Notes under the pieces: model-generated
What the model was told of the DNA's origin: nothing
What the model saw: the letters and a program-made list of their open reading frames with translations, nothing else
Database searches by the model: none
Assembly (NCBI GenBank): GCA_951813295.1
Contig: CATOTI010000002.1
Location: 2,674,522-2,738,521 of the forward strand
DNA: 64,000 bases
Origin: an uncultured Pseudomonadales bacterium
GTDB taxonomy: Bacteria > Pseudomonadota > Gammaproteobacteria > Pseudomonadales > Azotimanducaceae
Direction of reading: 5' to 3'
Program-made: the position numbers and the translations under genes
Shown: one piece after another, positions 16,939 through 26,538 of the stretch
How the letters are laid out: every line of letters begins with the position of its first letter
Numbering within the stretch: position 1 is the first letter of the stretch

Positions 16939-17641
16939 AAATCGGCACGATGTCGACGCCTTGGACGTCGACCAGTCGAGCTTCGAGAAACGCGAGCGTC
17001 GCTGGTTTCGGATGTGCGATAGCGACCGCGTAGCCGCGCGTTTTCGCTTTCCGCAATGCCGCTTCGAAGGCTTCGGCCATCGCCTCCGGCGTCGGAACGT
17101 GATCGAGGAAGAAGTCCCGCGCAACGAACGGGATTTTTTGATCGCGCGCGGCGGATTCCGCGACCGTATCGGCGGTCGTACGGCTATCGAGAAAGAGTAA
17201 ACGTCGATCGGTTTCGCGAATGACTCGCATCAGGGCACCCATTGCGCGGATGTCTCGGGTGAAGCGGCTTCCGGCGTGGTTGTTGATGCCGATCGCGAAG
17301 GGCACGCTCGCGAGTGCGGTTTCGAGACCCACTTCGATCGCCTGGGCCGTCATTGCCGTGGTGAGCAAACCTTCCGCCCAGGTGCCGCGTTCGCTTTCGA
17401 GCGGTTGGTGGAGCAAGACGTCCCTGTCGTATTGCCGCGCGAGCCGGGCGATGGCCGTTGCCGCGGGCGTAAAGGGCAGGATCGAGAGGCTCACCGGGGC
17501 GGGCATAAGGACGACGCGTCGGCCGCGGTCGAAGTTGTAGCCGAGGTCATCGATGACGATCGCGAGCCGAGCGGCGACCGTGGGTGGCGCGAAGGCGATC
17601 AGGCATGCTGCAACGACGCCGAAGCGCGTGAAACGCATCAA
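16856..17641 (-). CDS. divergent polysaccharide deacetylase family protein (YibQ-like)
   Basis: LAIVIDDLGYN...ILPFTP...LLHQPLE is typical of the YibQ family, and a signal peptide is present. Its 3' end overlaps hisA by 83 nt. Confidence 0.85.
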   Translation of the reverse strand: MMRFTRFGVVAACLIAFAPPTVAARLAIVIDDLGYNFDRGRRVVLMPAPVSLSILPFTPAATAIARLARQYDRDVLLHQPLESERGTWAEGLLTTAMTAQAIEVGLETALASVPFAIGINNHAGSRFTRDIRAMGALMRVIRETDRRLLFLDSRTTADTVAESAARDQKIPFVARDFFLDHVPTPEAMAEAFEAALRKAKTRGYAVAIAHPKPATLAFLEARLVDVQGVDIVPISKLLPPRDRVAPGRLQSRAFPRRAQNP

Positions 17642-18828
17642 CCGGCGTGCCGGTCGGAGTTCCTGATCGCGTCGACCGCGGAACCTAAGATTCTGTCGCG
17701 ATAGGTTGCGATGTCGTCACCGCGTTGGACGACGATGTCGGGCTCGATGCCTTTTTCGTGAATCGATCGACCGTTCGGCGTGAAGTAGTGTGCCGTCGTG
17801 ATCTTGATGGCGCGCTCGTTGGCGAGCGGAATCACGGACTGCACCGTTCCTTTGCCGAAGCTCTTGCTGCCGACCAACGTCGCGCGGTCGTGGTCCTGCA
17901 ATGCACCCGCGACGATCTCGGACGCCGATGCCGAACCGCCGTTGATGAGGACCGCGACGGGCTTACCGTCGAGCAGATCGCCGGGTGCGGCACGAAAGGT
18001 CAGTTCGCGCGTTTCCAGTCGCCCCTCGGTGTAGACGATCAACCCGTCGTTCAAGAACGCGTCCGCGACCTTGACGGATGCGCCGAGGATTCCGCCGGGG
18101 TTGTTGCGCAGGTCGAGCACCGCGCCGTCGAGGGGACTGCCGTTTTCGATCTCGAGATCGGTCAGCGCCTTCTCGAGTTCGTCGCTGGTGCGTAACTGAA
18201 ACTGGGCGATGCGGACGTAGGCGATGCCGGGTTCGAGCAATCGGCCGGTAACGCTCGCGACCCGGATGTTGGCGCGCGTCAGAGTTCGATCGATCGTGAC
18301 GCCGTCGGCCGACGAACCGTTTCGGGGTACACGAAGGAATCGCACGTCGACATTCGATCCCGGCGGACCGCGTAAGGCATCGATCGCGTCAATGAGACTC
18401 GTGCCGCGCATCGACTGGCCGTTGATGCGCGTGATCCGGTCACCCGCCGCGACACCGGCACGTTCGGCGGGCGTGTCGTCCATCGGTGCGATCACGGTGA
18501 CGAAGCCGTCGACCAGGCCGACCTCGATGCCTATCCCACCGAACCGGCCGGTGGTTTCTTCCTGAATCGCGTCGTATCCATCGGCGTCGAGGTAGCTCGA
18601 ATGTTCGTCGAGGCCGCGCAACATGCCGTCGATGGCATCGCTGATCAGCTTTTGGCGCGGGACGTCCTTGACGTAATGCTCACCGACCCGATCGACGATT
18701 TCAGCGAGCACCCGGTCCTGGATCGCGCGCGGTTGCCAGTCGAGTGAACGATATGTCACGACGCCCAGAATCACGCCCGCGACCATGCTGACGATAATGC
18801 CGATCAGTGTGACGGGCCGGAGAATCAT
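17638..18828 (-). CDS. ctpA: S41 family carboxyl-terminal processing peptidase
   Basis: It has an N-terminal TM segment, a PDZ segment (GIGIEV...PAERAG) and the S41 core (LDLRNNPGG, LINGGSASASEI). Confidence 0.9.
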   Translation of the reverse strand: MILRPVTLIGIIVSMVAGVILGVVTYRSLDWQPRAIQDRVLAEIVDRVGEHYVKDVPRQKLISDAIDGMLRGLDEHSSYLDADGYDAIQEETTGRFGGIGIEVGLVDGFVTVIAPMDDTPAERAGVAAGDRITRINGQSMRGTSLIDAIDALRGPPGSNVDVRFLRVPRNGSSADGVTIDRTLTRANIRVASVTGRLLEPGIAYVRIAQFQLRTSDELEKALTDLEIENGSPLDGAVLDLRNNPGGILGASVKVADAFLNDGLIVYTEGRLETRELTFRAAPGDLLDGKPVAVLINGGSASASEIVAGALQDHDRATLVGSKSFGKGTVQSVIPLANERAIKITTAHYFTPNGRSIHEKGIEPDIVVQRGDDIATYRDRILGSAVDAIRNSDRHAG

Positions 18829-18864
18829 GGGCCGATCATAGTCCTTTCAGCTCGACGGCACTGA

Positions 18865-19965
18865 TCAATCGGGCGAGATTCCACGCGCCTTCAACCACGC
18901 GAGCGGATCGATGGAGGTCCCGGCGTCGCGGACCTCGAAATAGAGCCCGACGTCGGCTTGTCCGCCGCTTTGCCCCGCCGTTGCGATCGTCTCCCCGGCG
19001 CTCACGGGTTCGCCAACCCGTTTGAAGAGCGTGTCGGTATAGCCATAGAGCGTGAGCTGATCGTTGCCGTGATCGAGGATCGTCAGCAGACCGAATCCCC
19101 GCAGATGATCGGCGAACACGACCGTGCCGCCCGCCGCTGCCCGCACGGCCGCTCCGCTCGAGGCACTGAAGTACACACCGCGCCAACGAAGTTGTCCCAT
19201 GCGCTGTTGTCCGAATCGGCGTAACAGTTCGCCGTCGATGGGCCAGGCCGATCCCGAGGATGGGACGACGAACTCGCGCGTTCTGGGCAGCTCATCCAGG
19301 AGCGTTTGCAGTCGTGACCGGTCGGCCATCAGGCGTTCGCGTTCGTCAGTCTTGTCCGTGATCGAGGCGGCTAGTGTTGCGATGACCGCTTCGCGTTCGA
19401 TGCGTTGTTCGTTGAGCGCAGCGATCGTTTGATCGAGCGTGCGTTGGTGTCCGGTGACCTCGTCCTGCTTGGCGGCTTCGAGTGCGCGGGATGCGTCGAG
19501 TCTGGCAAGCGTTGCCTGGTAAGCGTCGAGGCGTGTCTGCTGTGCTTCGAGCAAGGCACGCTCGTAGCGCGCGTGGCGATCGAACTCGCCCGGATCGCGC
19601 TCGGACAACAACCGCTTCAAAGGGACGGCGATACCGCCTCGATGGATTGCGACGAGGAACGCGTTCAGGTCATCGGCGGCTCGCTCGCGCGTCTCTTCGA
19701 GATCCTCGATTCGCGCGGTGATGTCGGAAAGCTCGTCCCTGGCCGTCGCCAGCGAACCGGCGAGACGTCGACGCTTTTCTCCGTGCTGGCGGATGGTCGC
19801 GTCGAACCTAGAGAGGGCTTCCCGGTTGGCGCGCAGTTTTTCATCGGCCGACTGGAGCCAGGTCGAGAGATCGTTCAAACGTTCGGTCAGGGCGGCGATT
19901 TCGGCCTCGTTCGGGTGCACGGTTGCTGCGATCAACATCGCAACGACGAACGTGAGGCTCTTCAC
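18865..19965 (-). CDS. envC: murein hydrolase activator EnvC-like protein (coiled coil + M23/LytM domain)
   Basis: A long coiled-coil N-terminal half is followed by a C-terminal LytM domain (GVYFSASSGAAVRAAAGGTVVFAD...LTLYGY). The gpmI-envC-ctpA-yibQ synteny is conserved. Confidence 0.85.
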   Translation of the reverse strand: MKSLTFVVAMLIAATVHPNEAEIAALTERLNDLSTWLQSADEKLRANREALSRFDATIRQHGEKRRRLAGSLATARDELSDITARIEDLEETRERAADDLNAFLVAIHRGGIAVPLKRLLSERDPGEFDRHARYERALLEAQQTRLDAYQATLARLDASRALEAAKQDEVTGHQRTLDQTIAALNEQRIEREAVIATLAASITDKTDERERLMADRSRLQTLLDELPRTREFVVPSSGSAWPIDGELLRRFGQQRMGQLRWRGVYFSASSGAAVRAAAGGTVVFADHLRGFGLLTILDHGNDQLTLYGYTDTLFKRVGEPVSAGETIATAGQSGGQADVGLYFEVRDAGTSIDPLAWLKARGISPD

Positions 19966-19979
19966 CGCGCGGCCCGGCT

Positions 19980-21545
19980 CTAGCTTGGCCTTGGCGGCTC
20001 TAGATCGTCGGCTTTGCGTGTCACCAGGGAGCGCCCGGTCATCTCATCCGGAATAGGGAGCTTCATCAGGTCGAGAATCGTCGGTGCGATGTCGGACAGC
20101 ACGCCGCCGCTTGCGAGGCTGATTTCGTTCTTGCCGATGTAGACCAGCGGTACGGGTTCCGATGTGTGCGCGGTATGCGGTTGGCCGGAGGTTTCGTCGG
20201 TCATCTGTTCGGCGTTGCCGTGATCAGCCGTGACCAGGCACTGCGAGCCCGTTCGATCGACGGCGGCGCGGATTCGGCCGAGGCATTCATCGAGTGTTTC
20301 GACGGCTTGTTTGGCGGCTTCGAACACACCCGTGTGGCCGACCATATCGCCGTTTGCGAAATTGCAGACGATGACGTCGTGGCGACCGGTGTCGATTGCC
20401 TCGACCATCTGATCGGTGACTTCTCGCGCGGACATTTCGGGGACCTGATCGTAGGTTTCCACCTTGGGACTCTCGATCAGGATGCGCGACTCGTTCGTGA
20501 ACGACTCTTCCCGTCCGCCGGAAAAGAAGAACGTCACGTGCGCATACTTTTCGGTTTCCGCGATGCGAAGCTGCGTCTTGCCCATCGTCGCGAGATATTC
20601 GCCGAGGGTGTTCGCGAGATGTTCCGGCGCGAACGCGATGGTCGTATCGATATCGTCAGCGTACTGAGTCAGCGACACGAAACCGGTGAGTTCAGCCCTG
20701 GATCGCCGCTCGAAACCGTCGAAATCGCTCTCGAGGAAAGCGCGGGTGATCTCTCGCGCTCGGTCGGCGCGGAAGTTCATGAAGATGACGCCGTCACCGT
20801 CGCGCACCGTGACGGGGGATTCTTCCGGTGCATGGATTGCCGTCGGCTGAACGAACTCGTCGTTCTCGTCGCGCCCATAAGCCCGTGCCAGGCCATCGAC
20901 GGCGTTCGGTGCATGAAACGACGCTTCGCCAAGTTGGATCAGGTCGTAGGCGCGCCGGACGCGGTCCCAGCGGTTGTCCCGGTCCATGGCGTAGAAGCGA
21001 CCGGTCATCGAGCCGATCACGCCGGGCCACGCGGCTTCGAAGCGTTCGAGGGATGCCTTGGCGCTTCGCGGTGGCGTATCTCGGCCGTCGAGAAAGGCGT
21101 GGAGTTTGACGGCGACGCCGTGCGCGACCGCGAGCTCGATCAGCGCAAAGATCTGGTCTTCGTGACTGTGCACGCCGCCCGGTGAGAGGAGGCCCATCAC
21201 GTGCAGGGTTCGCCCGTGCGCGGCGAGTTTGGCCAAGAGCTCGGCGATCGCAGGCGTGTCGGCGAACGTTCCCGTGGCGATTGCCTGATCGATACGGGTG
21301 AGGTCCTGATAGACGACCCGGCCGGCGCCGAGGTTCATGTGGCCGACTTCGGAGTTGCCCATCTGGCCGGCCGGAAGCCCGACGTCGAGGCCCGATCCCG
21401 AGACGAGTGTCGTGGGTGCCTGTTTCCAGAGAGCGTCCCAGACGGGCGTGTGCGCGCGCGAGATGGCGTTGTCGGGCGCGTCGTCGCGGTGTCCCCATCC
21501 GTCGAGAACGATCAGGAGCGTCGTTGGGGATACCGCGTCAGTCAT
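19980..21545 (-). CDS. gpmI: 2,3-bisphosphoglycerate-independent phosphoglycerate mutase
   Basis: Motifs [24 protein letters not shown] and TADHGNAE are present. ATG 21545 is used rather than the track start 21563. Confidence 0.95.
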   Translation of the reverse strand: MTDAVSPTTLLIVLDGWGHRDDAPDNAISRAHTPVWDALWKQAPTTLVSGSGLDVGLPAGQMGNSEVGHMNLGAGRVVYQDLTRIDQAIATGTFADTPAIAELLAKLAAHGRTLHVMGLLSPGGVHSHEDQIFALIELAVAHGVAVKLHAFLDGRDTPPRSAKASLERFEAAWPGVIGSMTGRFYAMDRDNRWDRVRRAYDLIQLGEASFHAPNAVDGLARAYGRDENDEFVQPTAIHAPEESPVTVRDGDGVIFMNFRADRAREITRAFLESDFDGFERRSRAELTGFVSLTQYADDIDTTIAFAPEHLANTLGEYLATMGKTQLRIAETEKYAHVTFFFSGGREESFTNESRILIESPKVETYDQVPEMSAREVTDQMVEAIDTGRHDVIVCNFANGDMVGHTGVFEAAKQAVETLDECLGRIRAAVDRTGSQCLVTADHGNAEQMTDETSGQPHTAHTSEPVPLVYIGKNEISLASGGVLSDIAPTILDLMKLPIPDEMTGRSLVTRKADDLEPPRPS

Positions 21546-21737
21546 ACGATTTCCTCGAAGCACATCGGTTTGATTGCTCGCCGAATCGATTTTGTGTTCG
21601 ATCGAGCGCGCGAGTAATTCGGGGCGCGATTATAATGCCGCGCCTTCAGCGCATCCTGCTCGAAAGGCTTGTTTTTGGCACCTCGAGCGAAAGGGTGCGT
21701 TGGCCCGGCTTAAAACGTTCACGCATGAGGATCGTTC

Positions 21738-22148
21738 GTGGAGCAGCTCTTCGAGTTCATCGGCAATCACCCCTTCCTGGTGGGGTCGTTTCTGATCATT
21801 CTCATCCTCTTCATCCGCAACGAAGTTGCCCGCGGCGGTCAGTCCGTTTCCGCCCAGGAACTCGTGAATCTCGTCAATCGTGACGGCGCGGTCGTCGTCG
21901 ATGTACGCGACAACGCCGAGTTCTCATCAGGCCATATCGTCGATTCGATCAATATCCCTCACACGAGCCTCGCCGACCGGGTGAGCGAGCTCGAGAAGCA
22001 CAAGGAGAAGACGATCGTCGTCGCGTGCAAGATGGGCCAGCACTCCGGCACGGCGGGCACGGTGTTGCGCAAAGCCGGTTTCAACGTCTCGCGATTGAAA
22101 GGCGGCATCACGGAGTGGCGCAATCAGAACCTACCGGTGGTGAAATAG
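21738..22148 (+). CDS. rhodanese-like domain protein (YibN-like, membrane anchored)
   Basis: An N-terminal TM segment is followed by a rhodanese fold with the active-site loop VVACKMGQHS. Confidence 0.85.
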   Translation: MEQLFEFIGNHPFLVGSFLIILILFIRNEVARGGQSVSAQELVNLVNRDGAVVVDVRDNAEFSSGHIVDSINIPHTSLADRVSELEKHKEKTIVVACKMGQHSGTAGTVLRKAGFNVSRLKGGITEWRNQNLPVVK

Positions 22149-22149
22149 C

Positions 22150-22668
22150 ATGGCCGAAGCAACCCCACCCGCGCCGCAGCTCGCGATCGATCGGATCTAT
22201 CTGCGTGATGCCTCCTTCGAATCTCCCAGAGCGCCCGATGTCTTCCTGGCTGCCTGGAAACCGAAGGTCCAGCTCGATATCAACACGAAGAGTTCGCGCC
22301 TCGACGAGAATCGCTTCGAGGTTATCCTGACGGTCACCTGTACGGCGCGTTCGGGGGAGGAAGCGGAGCCCGACATCCTCGCGGGTGGTGACGCGAATGA
22401 GGAAGAGGGGCCGGTTGGCCTCATCGTCGAGATTCAGCAGGCTGGGATCTTCCGCCTCGACAACATGAACGAGGCCGCGCAACAACAGGTCCTCGCGATC
22501 AATTGTGCCCACATCCTCTTCCCGTACGCTAAGGAAACGCTCGAAAGCTTGACCGTGAAGGGCACCTTCCCGCCGTTCAATCTGGCCCCGGTGAACTTCG
22601 AGGCGTTGTTCCTCGAGGCCGTGCGTCAGCGACAAGTCGACCAACCGCCGGGCGACGTCGTCAACTAG
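22150..22668 (+). CDS. secB: protein-export chaperone SecB
   Basis: Motifs IYLRDASFESP, EIQQAGIF, ILFPYAKE and LAPVNFEALF are present. Confidence 0.9.
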   Translation: MAEATPPAPQLAIDRIYLRDASFESPRAPDVFLAAWKPKVQLDINTKSSRLDENRFEVILTVTCTARSGEEAEPDILAGGDANEEEGPVGLIVEIQQAGIFRLDNMNEAAQQQVLAINCAHILFPYAKETLESLTVKGTFPPFNLAPVNFEALFLEAVRQRQVDQPPGDVVN

Positions 22669-23120
22669 GCAAAATCGTGTTGCCGCCAGGCTTCGAAGAG
22701 CGCGATCGAGATCGAGTTCGCGAGGTTGATGCTGCGCGAGTTGCTCGCCATCGGGATTCGCGCTCTCTGTTCCGCGGGAAGCGAATCGAGCAATTCGTCG
22801 GGTAGTCCGCGCGTCTCCGGGCCGAACAACAACACGTCGTCCAGTCGGTATTCGATTCGGTCGTAGCGGGTTTTTCCGCGGGTCGAGAAAGCGAGCACGC
22901 GCCGGTCCCCCACGATGTCGAGGAATGCATCGAGGTTCGGATAGACGGTCGTCGTCGCGATCTCGCGATAGTCGAGGCCGGCGCGTTTGAGCCGAGTGTC
23001 CGTCATCTCGAAACCGAGTGGTTCGATCAAAGCAAGATCGGCGCCGGTATTTGCCGCGAGCCGCATCGCGTTGCCCGTGTTGGGCGGGATCCCGGGTTCG
23101 AAGAGGGCGATCGTGAACAT
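22665..23120 (-). CDS. trmL: tRNA (cytidine/uridine(34)-2'-O)-methyltransferase
   Basis: The SPOUT family signature MFTIALFEPGIPPNTGNAMRLAANTG is present, with an SNSRSINLANS C-terminal knot motif. Confidence 0.9.
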   Translation of the reverse strand: MFTIALFEPGIPPNTGNAMRLAANTGADLALIEPLGFEMTDTRLKRAGLDYREIATTTVYPNLDAFLDIVGDRRVLAFSTRGKTRYDRIEYRLDDVLLFGPETRGLPDELLDSLPAEQRARIPMASNSRSINLANSISIALFEAWRQHDFA

Positions 23121-23168
23121 CGAGCGATTGTCGCACGCGGTCAACGTGACGAAACCGCGAAGCGCGCG

Positions 23169-24566
23169 TCAGTGTTCGAGGTTCAACTCGGCGAGTTTGC
23201 GCGTCAGCGTGTTCCTGCCCCAGCCGAGGAGTTCGGCGGCGTCGCGTTTACGTCCGCCGGTATGCTCGAGCGCGACTTCGATCATCGCCGTCTCGAACTC
23301 GGGAAGTGCTTGATCGAGGATCTTCTGATCACCACTCTGCAACCGATCACGGATCCACGCACGCAGCATGGATTGCCAGTCGGTGTCCGGCGTGGTCGAT
23401 GGTGGCGCGTCGAGCAGTTCGGGGGGCAGGTCGTCGATGTGGATTTCGCGACCGGGCGCCATCACGGTCAACCAGTTACATGTGTTTTCGAGCTGCCGGA
23501 CGTTGCCGGGCCATTCGAGCGATCGCAGGTGTTCGAGCGTTTCCGGACGCAAGGTCTTCGCCTCGCCGCCGAGATTCGTCGCCGCGCGATTGAGGAAATG
23601 TTTAGCGAGCAGCGGAATGTCGGATCGTCTTTCGTTCAGTCGCGGTACGTGTACACGGATGACGTTCAGGCGGTGGTACAGATCCTCGCGAAACGAACCT
23701 TCCTCGACCAATCGAGCGAGGTTGCGATGCGTCGCGGTGATGATCCTGACGTCGACCCGGACGCTATGCCGACCACCGACACGGTAGAACTCGCCTTCCG
23801 CAAGCACGCGGAGGAGCCTCGTCTGCGCATCCGCTGGCATATCGCCGATCTCATCGAGAAACAACGTGCCGCCGTCGGCTTGCTCAAAACGCCCGACGCG
23901 CTGGTCTTTCGCTCCGGTGAACGCCCCCCGTTCGTGCCCGAAAAGTTCCGACTCGATCAGTTCGTGTGGAATCGCGGCCATGTTCAGGGCGACGAAAGCG
24001 TTTCCTGCTCGCGGGCTGTGCCGATGGAGGGCACTCGCGACGAGTTCCTTGCCCGTTCCGGAGGCACCTTCGATCATCACGGTGATATTCGATTGTGAGA
24101 GCCGGCCGATCGCGCGGAAGACTTCCTGCATGGCCGGCGCTTTGCCGACGATCTCGGTTTCGACAGGTGTCGTCTCGGGTACTGGGGCTCCGCTCACTTC
24201 GTCGCGCCGGGCGACGGCGCGGGCGACCGTGCCGATGGCTTCGTCGACGTCGAACGGCTTAGCGAGGTATTCGAACGCGCCCGCCTGAAACGAGTTCACC
24301 GTCGTCTCGAGATCGGAGTGAGCGGTCATGATGATGACGGGGATCTCGGGCTTACGGCTGCCGAGCAGCGTCAGGAAGTCGAGCCCGTGTGTCCCGGGCA
24401 TGCGTAGGTCGGAGATCACGACGTCTGGCTCCCGGTCTTCGAGATCTCCGATGGCGGCGTCGGCGCTTTCGAAGCAGGAGACCGCATAACCGGCCTGGCC
24501 CAGCGCACGTTCGAGCACCCAGCGAATGGAGTCGTCGTCGTCGACCACCCAGACGGCGCGCGCCAT
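23169..24566 (-). CDS. ntrC: nitrogen regulation protein NR(I), sigma-54-dependent response regulator
   Basis: VWVVDDDDSIRWVLERAL and IIMTAHSDL are close to E. coli NtrC. GAFTGA appears as ERGAFTGA within the AAA+ domain, and a C-terminal HTH is present. Confidence 0.95.
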   Translation of the reverse strand: MARAVWVVDDDDSIRWVLERALGQAGYAVSCFESADAAIGDLEDREPDVVISDLRMPGTHGLDFLTLLGSRKPEIPVIIMTAHSDLETTVNSFQAGAFEYLAKPFDVDEAIGTVARAVARRDEVSGAPVPETTPVETEIVGKAPAMQEVFRAIGRLSQSNITVMIEGASGTGKELVASALHRHSPRAGNAFVALNMAAIPHELIESELFGHERGAFTGAKDQRVGRFEQADGGTLFLDEIGDMPADAQTRLLRVLAEGEFYRVGGRHSVRVDVRIITATHRNLARLVEEGSFREDLYHRLNVIRVHVPRLNERRSDIPLLAKHFLNRAATNLGGEAKTLRPETLEHLRSLEWPGNVRQLENTCNWLTVMAPGREIHIDDLPPELLDAPPSTTPDTDWQSMLRAWIRDRLQSGDQKILDQALPEFETAMIEVALEHTGGRKRDAAELLGWGRNTLTRKLAELNLEH

Positions 24567-25711
24567 TACGCTTTTTCCTGTGTCAGGGGTAGATAGAAGG
24601 AAAAAGTCGTGCGACCAGGTTCGGTTTCGTACTGCACTAGGCCACCGTGCTGGCTGAGGATGGTTTGGGTGATGGCGAGTCCGAGGCCCGAACCGTCGGC
24701 GCGCCCGCTGATCATGGGTAGGAAGATTCGATCGGCGATGTCGGCGGGAATCCCGGGGCCGTTGTCGATGAAGTTCAGGTTCGCGACCAGCTTGTGCCGG
24801 GCCGACCCGATCGTGAACTGGCGCACGATGCGCGTTTGTAGGGTGATGGCCGGCTGCTCGGTCGTATCGAGTGCGGCGATCGCGTTCTTAATGACGTTGA
24901 GCACGGCTTGGATCAGTTTGGCGCGGTCGGCCTCGATTTCCGGCACGCTCGGGTCGTAGTCGCGTTCGAACTTCACCCGCGCGGGGCATTCGGCGTCGAG
25001 GAGGCGGACGACGTGTTCGATCACGTCGTGCACGTTCACCGATTCGAGCTTCGGACGGTCGTTGGGTCCGAGGATTCGGTCGACGAGATCACGTAGTCGG
25101 TCGGCTTCGTGAATGATGACCGACGTGTACTCGCGCTGATCGGGGTCGGTGAGTTGGCGCTCGAGCAGTTGGGCAGCGCCGCGGATGCCGCCGAGCGGGT
25201 TCTTCACCTCGTGGGCGAGGCCACGGGCGAGTTTTCGCGACGTTTCCTGCAACGACACATGCTGGTCGTCGCGGTTGATCCGCATGAAGCGATCGAGCAC
25301 TTCGAGTTCGAGCAGCACGTCCGTCTCGGACAATGGTGCGATCGAGTAGTCGACCTGCGCGGCGCCTTCGGGTAGATACAGCGAGGCGCCGCGTTTGGTG
25401 AACGGCTGGCCGGTGGAAAGTACGTTGGCGAGAACGGAGTCCTTGGCATGTGAATCGTCGAGGAGCGCCTGGACCGGCTTACCGACCGCGCGTTGCGCGG
25501 AGATCCCAAACAGCGACTGCGCCGACTGATTGAGGTAGCTCACGCGGAACGTCGGCGTGTCATGGTCGAGATTCGATACTGCCGTGACGGCCACTACCGC
25601 GGTGTTCAATAGATCCAGGATGTCGCGATAGGTAGCCACGGCTCGTTGCAGGGCAAAAAGCGTTCCACCTTCGGCATCCGCTGGTTGATTGCCCTGCCGT
25701 CGACTTGCCAT
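24566..25711 (-). CDS. ntrB: nitrogen regulation sensor histidine kinase NR(II)
   Basis: The H-box HEVKNPLGGIRGAAQLL is present, with N, G1 and G2 boxes. ATG 25711 is chosen because an NtrC-type site lies over the alternative start at 25729. Confidence 0.9.
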   Translation of the reverse strand: MASRRQGNQPADAEGGTLFALQRAVATYRDILDLLNTAVVAVTAVSNLDHDTPTFRVSYLNQSAQSLFGISAQRAVGKPVQALLDDSHAKDSVLANVLSTGQPFTKRGASLYLPEGAAQVDYSIAPLSETDVLLELEVLDRFMRINRDDQHVSLQETSRKLARGLAHEVKNPLGGIRGAAQLLERQLTDPDQREYTSVIIHEADRLRDLVDRILGPNDRPKLESVNVHDVIEHVVRLLDAECPARVKFERDYDPSVPEIEADRAKLIQAVLNVIKNAIAALDTTEQPAITLQTRIVRQFTIGSARHKLVANLNFIDNGPGIPADIADRIFLPMISGRADGSGLGLAITQTILSQHGGLVQYETEPGRTTFSFYLPLTQEKA

Positions 25712-25719
25712 CGTCGGAT

Positions 25720-25780
25720 TGCACCACATCGGTGCTCATCCGCAAACGCTTTGTTGTGATTTGCACCAATATCGTGCGCA
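25720..25780. promoter_or_regulatory. two candidate NtrC-binding sites upstream of ntrB
   Basis: TGCACCACATCGGTGCT (25720-25736) has one mismatch to TGCACC-N5-GGTGCA. TGCACCAATATCGTGCG (25762-25778) has two mismatches. Their centres are 42 bp apart. Confidence 0.5.
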
Positions 25781-25820
25781 TCCCAGGCGGTGAGCCGCGC
25801 TGGTGCGTTGTGCGCGGACG

Positions 25821-26279
25821 TCATCGTACCGGTAAGAAGCGCGAGGATTGCTGAACGAAGATGCTGACCCGTGCCACCGCCGACGCTTGCTTCGCGTCGT
25901 CCCCCGTATCGATTTGCACTTCGATTTCGTGCCTGCCGCGCTCGAGCCGAGGTAAGGCGAGCGGATTGCGGTAATCGCCCGCGTATACGACGGTCTGATC
26001 AATGCGGACCACGAGCCGTGACCGGTCGGTGTCGGTGACGTTCGTGTCGAGAGCCAGCTCGAAAACGCCGCGGACGGTCGACCCGTCTTGCGGCGCCTCG
26101 ATCGTCACTGTCGGACGAGAAAGGTCGGGTGTCGATGCGCGGGCGCTCGTACGCGGCGGCACGGTGAGGTCCGGCAGCGGGATCGTCGATGGCGCGGCGA
26201 CCACGCCGTGACGGGTGTTCTCGGCGGCCTCGGTCGAGACCAACGCCAAAACACTGAAGCAGGTGATCAGGAAACGCAG
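25821..26279 (-). CDS. hypothetical exported protein (beta-rich, Ig-like appearance); start unresolved
   Basis: A hydrophobic signal-like segment RFLITCFSVLALVSTEAA is present. Downstream of the tusA stop, only CTG 26279 or ATA 26288 would retain it. The track ATG 26438 lies 134 nt inside tusA. Confidence 0.4.
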   Translation of the reverse strand: MRFLITCFSVLALVSTEAAENTRHGVVAAPSTIPLPDLTVPPRTSARASTPDLSRPTVTIEAPQDGSTVRGVFELALDTNVTDTDRSRLVVRIDQTVVYAGDYRNPLALPRLERGRHEIEVQIDTGDDAKQASAVARVSIFVQQSSRFLPVR

Positions 26280-26304
26280 GCGGGGTATACGCGAGGTTCG
26301 GTGA

Positions 26305-26529
26305 TCAGCCGATCGTGATGAGAATCCGGATTTCGTCGTCCGCTTCACTGACCTTCGCGACGGCGTGGCCGTGTACGCGGCACCAGGCGGGAATGTCCTG
26401 GCGAACACCGGGATCCGTTGCCAGCACCTCGATCTCATCGCCCGTGGCCATCCGACGCGCCTGATTCTGCGTACGGATGACCGGCAACGGACAGAGGAGC
26501 CCTCGCGCGTCGACGGTTTGACGATTCAT
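26305..26529 (-). CDS. tusA: sulfurtransferase TusA family protein
   Basis: The 74-aa protein has the DARGLLCPLPVIR active-site Cys motif. Confidence 0.85.
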   Translation of the reverse strand: MNRQTVDARGLLCPLPVIRTQNQARRMATGDEIEVLATDPGVRQDIPAWCRVHGHAVAKVSEADDEIRILITIG

Positions 26530-26538
26530 CGGTTCGAT

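Noticed and set aside
21676-21690. TGGCAC upstream of the rhodanese gene might be a sigma-54 promoter. A second TGGCAC-like site lies on the minus strand near 25870.
   Set aside because: The downstream GC dinucleotide is mis-spaced by two positions and by one position respectively, relative to TGGCAC-N5-TTGC. The second site also lies inside a coding region.
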